DNA of 64,000 nt, from positions 8,546 to 72,545 of the forward strand of contig CAVSLC010000015.1 in NCBI GenBank assembly GCA_963728565.1. The letters run 5' to 3'. This document shows positions 41,318 through 52,009 of the stretch, piece by piece (position 1 is the stretch's first letter; the number at the start of each line of letters is the position of its first letter). Origin of the DNA: an uncultured delta proteobacterium (lineage in GTDB: Bacteria; Desulfobacterota; Binatia; UBA9968). Both the position numbers and the translations under genes were made by a program. A model generated the notes under the pieces. It saw nothing but the letters and a program-made list of their open reading frames with translations, had not been told where the DNA came from and made no database searches.

Positions 41318-41820
41318 CGGGTAAAATCTCCGCTAAACAGAAGAGCCACCGGCAGCTTGAGCGCCTGGGTGTAGCGCGCCGCGTCTTTGATGCAAACTTC
41401 CAGATTATTACCGGTTTCCACCAGCCGGTATTGAATCTCCAGGGCGTCGAGCACCGGCGTGACATACGCTCCCGAAAGCGCGTAGACGGAATTGTTGCGC
41501 TGATCGGCAAAACTGCCCAGATGGGCGATCAGCAGCAGAAGCGGCACTCCGAAACGTTTGGCAATCGATAAAATGCCGTAGCAGGAGACGTAGAGCCCGG
41601 TGCATTCCATGTAAACTGCAACTTGCTTGCCGCCCAAAGCCGCGCCGGCGCCGATCGTGATCGCCTCGGCTTCGCTGGACACCGCAATGAGCTTGAACGA
41701 ATCGTCGCTTCTAATCAGCGGCAGGATCTGGCTCAGCCTGGTTTCAGGAAGATAGGTGATCACGTCGATGCCGGCCTCACGTAAGCCGGTGACCAGTTTT
41801 TGCGCCAGTTCTTGTTCCAT
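41314..41820 (-). CDS. ComD-like alpha subunit
   Basis: YLPETRLSQI, SEAEAI. Confidence 0.85.
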   Translation of the reverse strand: MEQELAQKLVTGLREAGIDVITYLPETRLSQILPLIRSDDSFKLIAVSSEAEAITIGAGAALGGKQVAVYMECTGLYVSCYGILSIAKRFGVPLLLLIAHLGSFADQRNNSVYALSGAYVTPVLDALEIQYRLVETGNNLEVCIKDAARYTQALKLPVALLFSGDFTR

Positions 41821-42118
41821 ACGGTCACTGCTTTCTTCAGCGACGGAATTGCGCTCTCATCCCGGAGCGCTCACCCGATGATTCATGACACCAAGCCGCT
41901 GTAACAGCGACGGAGCGAGGCTGGAAAGGCGAAGTCGGGCGACCGCAGAAGTCCGACGATTTGGCTGGCGCTCGGCCAGCGGTTCTAAGCACTCTGCAGG
42001 GTCGCTTGTCCACGGTCCCCGAGGCACACTCCAAGGCACAAACCTTTCGCCTGGCCTTCGAAGCCTTGCCCCGCCAGCAGCATCACAGGGAGATTTAGCC
42101 GGCGCGGGGGAGTATTCG

Positions 42119-43115
42119 TCACTTCACCCCCAGTTCCTGATTAACCTCGCGCTGCAGTGAAAAATCGAAAATCTTCGACGCGTGAAACCGGCTCCTTCAG
42201 TTTGAGAAGCTCGGCTTCGGACTTGAGAAACTCCTCGATCTCTTTATCAGAAGGGATACCGTTCAAAGTGAACGCCGGTTTTGCCAGGCGGTAGGATTCC
42301 ACCGCCACGGGCAGCTCAACGTTCTGATATTTTGCCAGGACTTCGCTGGTGCCGCGCTCATTTTCCATGAAGTAACGGTTCGCCCGCATGCGCGCGCGCA
42401 AGACCCGCTTCAGCACATCTCTTTTTTCGCGCAGAAATTTTTCCGTCACTGCTGTGCCATTCTGAAGGTTGGCCAGATCTTCCATTGCCGAACCGAGAAC
42501 GTTCATGTTGTACTTGTCCCGCGCCAGGATAACGGTCGGCGGCGAAAGCGCCGCGGCATCGATGGTTCTACCGACCAGGCTTTGCAGCTGAGCCGGGACG
42601 TCGCCGCCGACGACCACGGTAATATCCTTTTCGTCGACCCCGCCTTTGCGTATCAGACGCATAGCCGCCGAGTGCTGCGAGCCGCCCAACGTGGTGGTGC
42701 CCAAGGTTTTACCTTTGAGCTGAGCAATCGAGGTGATTTCCGGCCTGGATACCAGCCAGAAGAGGTTGCGTTTGAGACTGACAGTCAAGATCTTCATGGG
42801 GAGCTCGCTGCGCTCCAGAGCTCGGATGACCGTGCCGACGCCGTTGGTAGCTTGAACCTGCCCGCTCAAGGCCGCGGCGATGGCAACGTTGCCGCGAATC
42901 TGAACGATGTCGACATCGAGCCCTTCGTCGCGGAAGAACCCGCGATCTCTGGCGATATAAAGATCGATGGCGGCAATGCTGCGGCTCGGAATCGAGAAGA
43001 TCAGCTTCTCGGCGGCTTGGGCCGGCGCCGACTCGATCGAAAATAAAACCGCGAGCAGGCACAGAACCGCAGGGAAACCGGCGGCATGGAATTTTTGGCT
43101 AAGGGTAATCAGCAT
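42119..43115 (-). CDS. NMT1/SsuA-type binding protein, frameshift near 42182
   Basis: DRGFFRDEGL; family-like end SKIFDFSLQREVNQELGVK* lies in the adjacent frame. Confidence 0.8.
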
Positions 43116-43172
43116 GAAAGCCTCGGTCGTATGATGTTGTCGCCCGATGATCGCGCTCAGTGGCAGCCGCAG

Positions 43173-44147
43173 CTACTTAGGGGCCTCGCCCATTTCCTTC
43201 AAAATCTCGCGCACGATAGTAAAATCAAATACGTCGTCCACCGCGACGTTCCTCTTGGTTTCAACATTCCAGCGCGTGCTCTCGATCACATTTTCAAGCG
43301 TCGGCCGCGACACCAGCAGATTACGGCTATAGTTCTTGTAGTTGTGCTGATAGGCCTCCTCGGCGACTTCCAGTTTCGATCTGCCCCAAGCGGCAAGAAT
43401 CTTGATCGCCCCCTTGGGGTTATCCAAAATAAACCGGTTGGCCCGCAGCAGAGCGCGGGTTATTTTTTTTACCTCGTCTCGTTCGTTCCTGAGCTTCTGC
43501 TCGTGCAGCCCGATGCCGTTCACCGGAAAAGCAAACAGATCGCGGACATTCAGTAATGTTTTGAAGCCGGCGGCTTCGGCCCGCAGATTTCCCGGCGGCG
43601 TTAGAAAAGCCGCCTGAACAACGCCGGTTTGCAATTGCGTCAGTCGCGCCGAGCTGCTGCCGGCGGCAACATACTGGACATCGCTTTTCGGGTCGAGTTT
43701 GAAGTGAGCCGATGTCAGCCGGGCGAGGATATCGACCAGAGAGCCGAACGAGCTAATCGCGATCTTCTTGCCTTTAAGATCAGCAAACTTCTGGATGCTC
43801 GGGTGAACCACCACAGCATGGTTAGGCCGCTCGATCAATATGCCGGTAACTTTGAGCGGCAGCCCGCGAAGATTCGCGGTGACGACGGATTGCAAGATAA
43901 GATTGTAATCGATATTGCCGGCCGCCAGAGCCGCAACCGACACATTGGCGTTCATCTGCAGCACGTCGACGTCCAGCCCCTCGTCTTTGAAGTAGCCTTG
44001 AAAATGAGCGACACCGCCGCTCAGAAACGACATGTCGGGATTGGACACACCGATATAAATCGTTTTGGCTTCGATGCGCTGCGCTCCAAAAGCGAACAGA
44101 ACCAACACAATCAAAAAGCCTTTTATCGCACACACTCCACGTTTCAT
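43173..44147 (-). CDS. NMT1/SsuA-type binding protein
   Basis: GYFKDEGLDV, DLKGKKIAI. Confidence 0.85.
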   Translation of the reverse strand: MKRGVCAIKGFLIVLVLFAFGAQRIEAKTIYIGVSNPDMSFLSGGVAHFQGYFKDEGLDVDVLQMNANVSVAALAAGNIDYNLILQSVVTANLRGLPLKVTGILIERPNHAVVVHPSIQKFADLKGKKIAISSFGSLVDILARLTSAHFKLDPKSDVQYVAAGSSSARLTQLQTGVVQAAFLTPPGNLRAEAAGFKTLLNVRDLFAFPVNGIGLHEQKLRNERDEVKKITRALLRANRFILDNPKGAIKILAAWGRSKLEVAEEAYQHNYKNYSRNLLVSRPTLENVIESTRWNVETKRNVAVDDVFDFTIVREILKEMGEAPK

Positions 44148-44197
44148 CTTTCATTCTCTCCGTTTGAGCAAGTTGATTGTAACTAGTAAAGTCCCTG

Positions 44198-44320
44198 CAG
44201 GCTGCTCAAAAGATCTCATAGGCGAGGCGCGCGATGACCGACGAGCCGAAGCGTACGTTGTGAGTACGTTGAGCGAGTCGGGCGAGTGCAACGAAGCCTA
44301 TGAGGCTTTTCAGCAGCCTG
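44198..44320. repeat. Dispersed ~125-bp palindromic repeat
   Basis: caggctgc...gcagcctg ends; core gcgaggcgcgcga...gtacg...gtacg...gcaacgaagc shared with 57956-58079; looser inverted relative at 51863-52004. Confidence 0.7.
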
Positions 44321-44327
44321 TAGCCTG

Positions 44328-44834
44328 CTAATCGGTAAATTCGCCGGTGAACAATAGGGCCACCGGCAACTTCAAAGCATTCATCATGCGCACGGCGCCG
44401 TCGATTCGCGCCTCGAGATGATCCCCTGATTCGACCAGCACGTGTTCGATGCCGATGGTCTTTAGCAGGCTCATCGTTTTGATGCCATAGTGAGAAAACA
44501 AAAAAGAGTTTCGCTGATCATCGAAGCTGCCGACGAAGGCTACTATCAGAAGCATCGGCACGCCATAGCGCTCGCCGACGGTAAGAAGGTTGTAAGCGGA
44601 GACAAACAGGCCGGTGCCTTCCATGTAGACTGCCGCGCGTTTGCCGCCTAAAGCGGCCCCCGCGGCAATGCCGACTGCCTCCGCTTCACTGGATACCGGC
44701 GCGAGGGTAAAAGCCTCGTCCGCTTTCATCACCGGAAGGATCTCGCTCAATCTGGTTTCGGGAATGTAACTGACGAAATCGATTCCGGCGCGTTTAAGTG
44801 CGGCAACCGTTTTCTGAGCCAATTCCGGTTTCAT
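44328..44834 (-). CDS. ComD-like alpha subunit
   Basis: YIPETRLSEI, SEAEAV. Confidence 0.85.
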   Translation of the reverse strand: MKPELAQKTVAALKRAGIDFVSYIPETRLSEILPVMKADEAFTLAPVSSEAEAVGIAAGAALGGKRAAVYMEGTGLFVSAYNLLTVGERYGVPMLLIVAFVGSFDDQRNSFLFSHYGIKTMSLLKTIGIEHVLVESGDHLEARIDGAVRMMNALKLPVALLFTGEFTD

Positions 44835-44842
44835 AATCCCGG

Positions 44843-45442
44843 CTACCCACGCCCATGAAAAATCGTTTTGCCTTCGGTGCGTTCGAGATAACGCACGAAA
44901 CGATACTTTGTTTCCAACAGATCGACGTTGCTTCTGGTAATTTGTCGATGGCCGACGCTCTCTTCGATCTTACAGACAACGAAACGTAAGCCGTTTTGAT
45001 CAAGGGCTCCTGTCGCCTCGGCTTTGAAATCCTCCAACTCCGAGACCGTCACCGAATGCTCGATGCCCGATCCTCGAGCCACGGCGGCCAGATCCGTCTT
45101 GCCTGCGGTAGCGCTCGGGTAACTGATTCGCGTGCCGCTGTAAGCCTGATTGTCGAAAACGAATACCGCCAGATTCGCCGGGTTCAGATTGGCCAAAGTC
45201 GGCAGGTTGAAGAGCGAAAGCAGCACGCTGCCATCGGACTCGAAGACGAACACTTTTCGGTGTGGCAGCGCCAGCGCCAGACCGATGCCGACCGCAAGGG
45301 CATTGCCCATGGAGCCGAGATTGAGGTCGGCCTCTCGCTTCGACAGATGCCCCCATTCGACTCTCTGGCCGCTCAGCGACGTGACCACCAGCTGATCGGT
45401 CATGAGCGGCGCCAGCCATTCGAAACAATCGTACCGAATCAT
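44843..45442 (-). CDS. ComE-like beta subunit
   Basis: GSMG, ESDGS...VFDN. Confidence 0.85.
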   Translation of the reverse strand: MIRYDCFEWLAPLMTDQLVVTSLSGQRVEWGHLSKREADLNLGSMGNALAVGIGLALALPHRKVFVFESDGSVLLSLFNLPTLANLNPANLAVFVFDNQAYSGTRISYPSATAGKTDLAAVARGSGIEHSVTVSELEDFKAEATGALDQNGLRFVVCKIEESVGHRQITRSNVDLLETKYRFVRYLERTEGKTIFHGRG

Positions 45443-45945
45443 AAGGTAAAGTCCTCTGTGAACAACAAGGCGACCGGCTGTTTGAGCGCGTTCATCATGC
45501 GCACGGCGTTTTTAACTTTGCGCTCGAGCCCTGCGCCGCCGCGGATCACATGATACTGCACATCGAGTGCTTCCAATTGCGGGATCAGCTTGATGCCGCG
45601 CTGGACATATAGAAAGCTGTTTCGGTGGTCTTCCAGACTGCCGACGTAGCTTACCAACAGCAACATCGGCACGCCGTAGCGAACCCCGACCGTCAGAATG
45701 TTGTAGCAAGCGACGTACACCCCGGTTCCTTCCATGTAGCTGGCAACGACTTTGCCACCGAGAGCGGCGCCGGCCGCGATCGACACCCCTTCGGCTTCGC
45801 TGCCCACCGGCGCCAGTTGGAAATGGCTATCGTTTTGTAGCAACGGTATGATCTGGCTGAGCCGGGTCTCAGGCAGATACGTGATAAAATCGATTCCCGC
45901 CGCCCGCAACGAATGCACCAGGCTCTGCGCCAGGGTTTCCTGCAT
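45439..45945 (-). CDS. ComD-like alpha subunit
   Basis: YLPETRLSQI, SEAEGV. Confidence 0.85.
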   Translation of the reverse strand: MQETLAQSLVHSLRAAGIDFITYLPETRLSQIIPLLQNDSHFQLAPVGSEAEGVSIAAGAALGGKVVASYMEGTGVYVACYNILTVGVRYGVPMLLLVSYVGSLEDHRNSFLYVQRGIKLIPQLEALDVQYHVIRGGAGLERKVKNAVRMMNALKQPVALLFTEDFTL

Positions 45946-45947
45946 CC

Positions 45948-46952
45948 CTATTTCGCCTTGCCTTTATAGAGGCTGTCGATGTAACCGCTGTCATCGAGTT
46001 CTTTGATGAAACGGGTATCGACGAATTGCTCGGGACGCGCCGACTTGGCCTTGGGATTTTCATCGGCGATGGCGTCTAGAACCGTCTGAATTCCCGGCAA
46101 TGCCGGATATTGCTTACGCGAATATTTATCGTCCGTGGACGAGAGCTCGTAACTTCTTTCGAGAATTTCTTTATTGGCGGTCTGCCGCAGATACTTGCCG
46201 AGCACGGCGACGCTGGTTTTGCGATCGGTCTTCATCAGGTGGACTGCTTCAACTTGGGCCTTGACGTAGCGCCTTGCCGTTTCTGGATTATCCCGGACAA
46301 AGCGGCGCGATGCCGCAATGCCATTATGCAAAAACGGCAATCCCAGAGCGCCGACATCGGCAAGCACGTTGAATCCTTCTCGCTCCGCGACGATGCTGGT
46401 GGGCGGACTGAGAAGCGTGGCTTGCAGGCGCTTGTTGCGCATCGAGATCAGCCGCTCCGGCGTGCCGCCGATAACGATGAATTTGACGTCCTTCGTATTC
46501 AAGCCAAGTTTTTGCAGTGCGAATTCTGTGGCTACCAATGATGCGCCGCGAATCGAAGCAAGTCCGACGACTCCGCCCTTGAGCATTTCGGCTGTTTTAA
46601 TTTCCGGCTGGCTCATAAAAATAAAATCCAGGGTGGCCATACCGCCGGCGATGTAAACCAGGTCCGAGCCCCTGAGAGCGCTCTCGAGAACGACCGGACC
46701 CGAAGCCTGGATGAAATCCAGCTCGCCGGAAAGAAGCGCCATGACCCCGATGGTGGTGCGAACGCGGACGAGGTCAGCGTCCAAGCCATTTTTGGCAAAA
46801 ATCCCGGCTTCACGAGCCAGCCACGTGACCAGCGATCCCGGCGCATCGGAACTGTAGCCCACCTTGATCTTCTTGGCCTGGGACCAGGCCCCGGTAGGAT
46901 TGCAGATAGATGCAACTGTGACCGCGCAGATCAGTGCTTTTATAAGGTTCAT
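45948..46952 (-). CDS. NMT1/SsuA-type binding protein
   Basis: EAGIFAKNGL; ELDDSGYIDSLY. Confidence 0.85.
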   Translation of the reverse strand: MNLIKALICAVTVASICNPTGAWSQAKKIKVGYSSDAPGSLVTWLAREAGIFAKNGLDADLVRVRTTIGVMALLSGELDFIQASGPVVLESALRGSDLVYIAGGMATLDFIFMSQPEIKTAEMLKGGVVGLASIRGASLVATEFALQKLGLNTKDVKFIVIGGTPERLISMRNKRLQATLLSPPTSIVAEREGFNVLADVGALGLPFLHNGIAASRRFVRDNPETARRYVKAQVEAVHLMKTDRKTSVAVLGKYLRQTANKEILERSYELSSTDDKYSRKQYPALPGIQTVLDAIADENPKAKSARPEQFVDTRFIKELDDSGYIDSLYKGKAK

Positions 46953-47048
46953 TAAACGTAACTCCGAGCCGGAATTATCATGTTGTGTTTGTCAGCCGGG
47001 CGCTTTTCGTATCGAAACGCGCCGGCAGATTAGCAAGTCCGCATATTG

Positions 47049-48704
47049 CTACTTCTTTTCACCGGCTTGTTTCTTAAACTTTTCAATTTCTTCGGCCATG
47101 TACTTTTTCTTGAGATCCATAAACTTCGTGCCTTTGGGCACTTTGATACCCTGCTTCGAACTGAACTCGGCATTCACGCTGTGATTGCCGGCGACTGCGT
47201 TGCCGGCCTGGATTGCCGCTTCCTCCGGCCATAAACCGAGTGAATATCCGGACCAGGGCGGGCGCGGATTCAATTTCGGCAAGCCCAACTCCACCCAGAT
47301 CTCGCGGGCGCGCTCCATGAACGGCCGCTGCGGCAGCGCCACCGGCGGAAATGCCGCCTTCAAAGTCGCGTCGACCAGCAACGTCGAATCGGTCACATCA
47401 TAATGCTCTCCATCTGCGACATATCGAATAGGGTTCCAAGGCAGAGGGCGGTTCGGCACGATCCGCATGTCGCGGTGCGGCTGGCAGCGATTTGCTATCG
47501 CCCATAGCAGAGATTGGGCATCGTGCGGATCGATGTCTTCATCGACGCAAACGATCAGCTTGTGAATCACCCGCGACGGCAGCAGTCCTTCGAGCGCGCG
47601 CCAGGTATCATCGGGCTTTTCCTTTTTGATCTGAATCACCGCCACCTGGCGGTTGAGCAGATCTTCGTAGAGCGCGACACGGGTTGCTTTCACGCCGAGG
47701 TCTTTATTGAGATGCTTTAACGCCAGAGTCTCATAGGCGGATTGCTTGATTTTGCTCGACTCGCTCGGCGTTAGCTGGCTGATCATCGAGACGTAAATGG
47801 GATTCTTGCGGTGCGTGATGCAGGTGACTTCGAATACCCCGTTCAGATCTCCCGGGTCGAGATAACCGTGCGCCTCGCCAAACGGCCCGTCGGGTTCGAG
47901 ATAATCCCACGGAATCTTCCCCTCGATAACGATATCGGCATGCGCCGGAACTTCGAGATCGACTGTCTTGCAGCGAACCATCTCCAACGGGCTGCGCGCC
48001 AACCCGCCTGCCAGCGCCACTTCGTCGACCCCGTAGGGAACCGGCTGCACCGCTGCGTAAGTAATACACGGCGGGCCGCCGAGGACGATTGCGGCATCGA
48101 GCGGAATTCCCCTCTCGTTGCATTTCTCCCAGTGGATCGCGGTATGCTTGAGGCTTCCCCACATGATGCCGGTCTTGAGAGGACCTTTGATTTGCCCCCG
48201 GTACACACCCATATTTCTGACGCCGGTTTCCGGATCCTTGGTGATCCAGCATCCCGCCGTTAGATAAGGCGCATTGTCAAAGCCCGGCGTGGAAATCGGA
48301 ATCGGTAGTTGGTAAAGGCCGCCCTTGCGAATCAGCTCTTCTCCGTGCCAGACGACTTCTTGTACCGGGCCTTCCTTTACCAGAACCGGGTCGATGGGCT
48401 TCTCCAATGCTTGCGACCAGATCTCTTCGACTTCCGATTCTTTGCACATCAACCCCAAAGCATAAATCCTCTGCGAAGCCGCAAGCCCGCCGATAAGAAC
48501 AGGAATGTCGTACTGTTTGCCTTTGGCGTCATAGATATTCTCAAACAGGAAAGCCTTTCTTTGCTCCTCCTCGAGGCCGCGGAACTGCCAACGAACCAGC
48601 GGGTGCATCTCGGTATCTTTATTGATGGCTTTGTCGATCCGGATCAGCAGGCCTTCTCGCTCGAGAACCTGCACATATTCAGAAAGGCTTTTGTAGTACG
48701 GCAT
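47049..48704 (-). CDS. UbiD family (prFMN-dependent) decarboxylase, long type
   Basis: NMGVYR, DGPFGE, VDEDIDP. Confidence 0.9.
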   Translation of the reverse strand: MPYYKSLSEYVQVLEREGLLIRIDKAINKDTEMHPLVRWQFRGLEEEQRKAFLFENIYDAKGKQYDIPVLIGGLAASQRIYALGLMCKESEVEEIWSQALEKPIDPVLVKEGPVQEVVWHGEELIRKGGLYQLPIPISTPGFDNAPYLTAGCWITKDPETGVRNMGVYRGQIKGPLKTGIMWGSLKHTAIHWEKCNERGIPLDAAIVLGGPPCITYAAVQPVPYGVDEVALAGGLARSPLEMVRCKTVDLEVPAHADIVIEGKIPWDYLEPDGPFGEAHGYLDPGDLNGVFEVTCITHRKNPIYVSMISQLTPSESSKIKQSAYETLALKHLNKDLGVKATRVALYEDLLNRQVAVIQIKKEKPDDTWRALEGLLPSRVIHKLIVCVDEDIDPHDAQSLLWAIANRCQPHRDMRIVPNRPLPWNPIRYVADGEHYDVTDSTLLVDATLKAAFPPVALPQRPFMERAREIWVELGLPKLNPRPPWSGYSLGLWPEEAAIQAGNAVAGNHSVNAEFSSKQGIKVPKGTKFMDLKKKYMAEEIEKFKKQAGEKK

Positions 48705-48767
48705 GGCGAATCCTTTGGGCGAATACTCTTGAGTAAATTAGCAAATTGATGGCGCCGATGATGCGGA

Positions 48768-49619
48768 TTAGATAGTTAAGAAGTTTTCCCAGCCATAGCG
48801 CGCTTTGAAGCCGAGCATTTTTTCGGCTTTTGCCGAATTGACGCCGCTCCAGTTGCCGGCGCGAGCGTTTCTCACCGGGATGCCATGGCCGAGATATTTC
48901 TCGATTAATTCCACAGTCGGCTCCCGCATGCTGCTCGTCGGCGCGGCGACGATCATGACCTCATGTCCGGCAAAATCCGCCTCGATCGCCAAGCGACAAG
49001 CGGTTGCCGCGTCGCGGCCGTCGATGTATGCCCATGACGTGTTGGCGCGGGCGCCGGGATCTTTCCAACGGTCGCGCACCGACTCGTAGGAGACATCGAA
49101 CACCACGCCCGGAAAGCGCAAACTGCTGATCGTCACATCGCCGTGCAGCAGCGCTACGGAATCGGCGATCTGCTCGCCGACGACTTTAGACAATCCGTAC
49201 GGGTCCTGCGGCCTGGACGGATGTTGCTCGTCCAACGGCAAGTATTCAGGAATCATGCGCTGCAAAGCGTAAATAAACCCGAAAGCCGCCGTGCTCGAGG
49301 CCATCACCACTTTCTTGACGCCGAGATCGGCAGCGGCTTTGAGCACGTTGTAACTTGCCGTCACATTGTTGCTGAATACTTCCGCATCCGGCGCCAGCCC
49401 GGGCGCTTGATACGCGCCCAGGTGCACGACGCCGTAAGCCCCCGTGAGAGCCTGATACAGATCACCCGAACAGCGCAAGTCGGCGATCCAGCTCGGACAC
49501 GCGTTCATTGCCGGCCGCACCCGATCCAAGGAAAGAACCTGGTACTCGTGAGATAGAAGTTCCTGGATGACGAGCTGTCCCAGCCGGCCGCTGCCACCGG
49601 TTACCACGATTCTTTGCAC
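48768..49619 (-). CDS. NAD-dependent epimerase/dehydratase (extended SDR)
   Basis: TGGSGRLG, YGLSK. Confidence 0.9.
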   Translation of the reverse strand: MQRIVVTGGSGRLGQLVIQELLSHEYQVLSLDRVRPAMNACPSWIADLRCSGDLYQALTGAYGVVHLGAYQAPGLAPDAEVFSNNVTASYNVLKAAADLGVKKVVMASSTAAFGFIYALQRMIPEYLPLDEQHPSRPQDPYGLSKVVGEQIADSVALLHGDVTISSLRFPGVVFDVSYESVRDRWKDPGARANTSWAYIDGRDAATACRLAIEADFAGHEVMIVAAPTSSMREPTVELIEKYLGHGIPVRNARAGNWSGVNSAKAEKMLGFKARYGWENFLTI

Positions 49620-49704
49620 GAGGCTCCTAGTTACCTTCGCTCCATGAGCTGAGTCAACGATTTTCCCTCAAGATTTTTTAAACTGTGTATCAAATACTTT
49701 TAAA

Positions 49705-49734
49705 TTGACACTGCGTTAAACGCCGCCCTATGAT
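49705..49734 (+). promoter_or_regulatory. Sigma70-like promoter of the cupin operon
   Basis: TTGACA-N18-TATGAT. Confidence 0.55.
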
Positions 49735-49771
49735 CACCACCCAATCACGGATGAAATGCAGGAGGTTCATC

Positions 49772-50857
49772 ATGCAGAGCCAACCCGCTTATACTCAACG
49801 AGCCTACGGAGAAAAAACTTCTTTCGATCAATTCCTCGATTCTGAAGAAATTCCCGTTGTCAGAAACTTCGTCGTAGGTGATATCAGAAAGCTAGAAGTT
49901 ACTCCATGGCGCAGGCGCGGCGGCCTGGGCTGCTACATCATCTTGGGCCATCCCAAGGAGGCCCCGAACTCGGCGGCTTACGTGTGCGAGATTCCACCGC
50001 GAGAAAGCCTGCAACCGCAAAAGCAAATGTTTGAAGAAATGATCTTTGTTTTGAAAGGACGCGGCGCAACTAGCGTTTGGCTCGATAACGGCAAAAAGCA
50101 GACCTTCGAGTGGCAGGAGCGCTCACTATTTTCCATTCCTCTCAACGCTTGGCATCAACATTTCAACGGGCAGGGAGATGAATCGATCCGATTTATCGGC
50201 TATACCAACGCGCCGTCGGTATTCAACTTATATCACAACTGGGACTTCGTATTTAATAACAGCTATCAATTCACCGATCGGTTTCGCGGCGAAGACAATT
50301 ACTTCAGCGGCAAGGGAGTCGCAATTCCCGAAAAGCGGGTGTGGGATACCAGCTTCATCGCCGACATCGAAAAGCTCCAATTTCATGACTGGACCAAAAA
50401 AGGCCCCGGAGCGACCAATGTCGAGCTGGAATTCTGCGACAACATCATCTCGGCGCACATCACCCGCTCTCCCGTGGGCGCTTACAAGAAAGCGCACCGG
50501 CATGGGCTTGGCGCCGACATTCTCGTTCTCGAAGGCAAAGGGTACTCGCTCATGTGGCTTGAGGGAACGAAAATGGAACGATACGACTGGGGGCCGTTTA
50601 GCATGTTCTCGCCCCCCCACATGTGGTTTCACCAGCACTTCAATACGGCAAAAGAACCGCTGAAGATGCTGGCATTCAAGCCGTTCGGTCAGAAGTTCCG
50701 GATCTTCGATTACGAAAAATTGTTCGTGAGCACCAGCGGAGGAGGTCACTTGATCGAACTGGAAGATGAAGACCCCAAGATCCGGAGCATGTTTCAGGAA
50801 GAACTCGAGAGCGAAGGAATTCCGTTCAACATGCCGCCCGTCACTTACCGACGCTGA
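49772..50857 (+). CDS. Bicupin protein (gentisate 1,2-dioxygenase-like fold)
   Basis: WHQHFN, YKKAHRHG, WFHQHFN; GGAGG RBS. Confidence 0.8.
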   Translation: MQSQPAYTQRAYGEKTSFDQFLDSEEIPVVRNFVVGDIRKLEVTPWRRRGGLGCYIILGHPKEAPNSAAYVCEIPPRESLQPQKQMFEEMIFVLKGRGATSVWLDNGKKQTFEWQERSLFSIPLNAWHQHFNGQGDESIRFIGYTNAPSVFNLYHNWDFVFNNSYQFTDRFRGEDNYFSGKGVAIPEKRVWDTSFIADIEKLQFHDWTKKGPGATNVELEFCDNIISAHITRSPVGAYKKAHRHGLGADILVLEGKGYSLMWLEGTKMERYDWGPFSMFSPPHMWFHQHFNTAKEPLKMLAFKPFGQKFRIFDYEKLFVSTSGGGHLIELEDEDPKIRSMFQEELESEGIPFNMPPVTYRR

Positions 50858-50868
50858 GGAAATCATCT

Positions 50869-51843
50869 ATGAGCATTCGCAACATTCTTCTTGGGCTTGT
50901 AGCGTTATCATTCTTGCCCACGGTTGCAGTCCACTCGATGGAAAAAGCTGTCCTCGGCTATAGCGGGGTCGGCTCCGGCGAGGAAGTCAATCATTTTGCC
51001 AAGGAAAGCGGTGTCTTCAAAAAACATGGGTTGGACGTTGAGATCGTCTATATCCCCGGTGGCTCCACGGTGGTTCAAGCCATGATTTCCGGCGGTGTCC
51101 AGTTTGGACGCGGCTCCGCTACCGAAGTCGTGAGCTCGCATTTGGCGGGTTATCCATTGAAAATCTTGGCAGCCCTCATCAACAAATTCGTTTATAGCTT
51201 CGTCACCTCCCTAGAAATTTCCCAGCCTCAGGATCTCAAGGGCAAGGCGGTTGCAGTTAGCCGGTTTGGTTCCGGCTCCGATTTTATCACCCGCATGGCT
51301 TTGAAATCGTGGGGGTTGGAGCCGGTTAGGGACGTCACAATCTTGCAGATAGGCAATTCTCCGGAACGGCTGGCGGCGATCTCATCTGGAAAAGTTCACG
51401 GCTCCATTCTATCGCTGTCACAAACTCCCCGTGCCAAGAAACTTGGTCTGCGCGTTTTGGCAGACTTATCACAGATCGATGCGGAATACCCTCAAGGCGT
51501 TCTTTATGCGCCGTTATCTTTGATCGAAAAGAGACCCGACCTCGTCAGGACATTTGTGAAGGCTTACGTTGAGGCGATTCACCAGTTCAAAACAAACAGA
51601 CAATTATCTTATCGAATTATCTCCAGGAGCAGTGGTCTGACAGATCAGGCCGACATCGAAGAATACTTCAATCTATTGACCGGCCGATTCCTCCTCGATT
51701 ACCCGATGCCAACCGTGGCGGGAATGAAAACTGTGTTGGACGATTTAGGAGCAAGAAATCCCAAGATTCGAGACGTGAAACCTGAAGATCTTCTCGATAC
51801 CAGGTTCTTGCGCGAACTCAAGACAAGCGGCGCAGTCAAGTAG
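50869..51843 (+). CDS. NMT1/SsuA-type binding protein
   Basis: FKKHGLDVE, DLKGKAVAVSRFGS. Confidence 0.85.
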   Translation: MSIRNILLGLVALSFLPTVAVHSMEKAVLGYSGVGSGEEVNHFAKESGVFKKHGLDVEIVYIPGGSTVVQAMISGGVQFGRGSATEVVSSHLAGYPLKILAALINKFVYSFVTSLEISQPQDLKGKAVAVSRFGSGSDFITRMALKSWGLEPVRDVTILQIGNSPERLAAISSGKVHGSILSLSQTPRAKKLGLRVLADLSQIDAEYPQGVLYAPLSLIEKRPDLVRTFVKAYVEAIHQFKTNRQLSYRIISRSSGLTDQADIEEYFNLLTGRFLLDYPMPTVAGMKTVLDDLGARNPKIRDVKPEDLLDTRFLRELKTSGAVK

Positions 51844-52009
51844 GCAATTGTCACTGCATCAGCAGGCTGCTGAAAAATCCATGTGTTTAGTTGCGCTCAA
51901 TCATCTCGCGTCGGCGAACCACCCGATGTACGACTCCCCGTCGATCTCGCGCGCATCACATCTGGATCTCTTTGAGCAGCTGAAAGAGTTTTTTTCAGCG
52001 ACCTAGGGC

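Noticed and set aside
36101-45945. Coenzyme M or phosphonate biosynthesis cluster
   Set aside because: No comA/B/C or PEP mutase in the window; the context looks catabolic.
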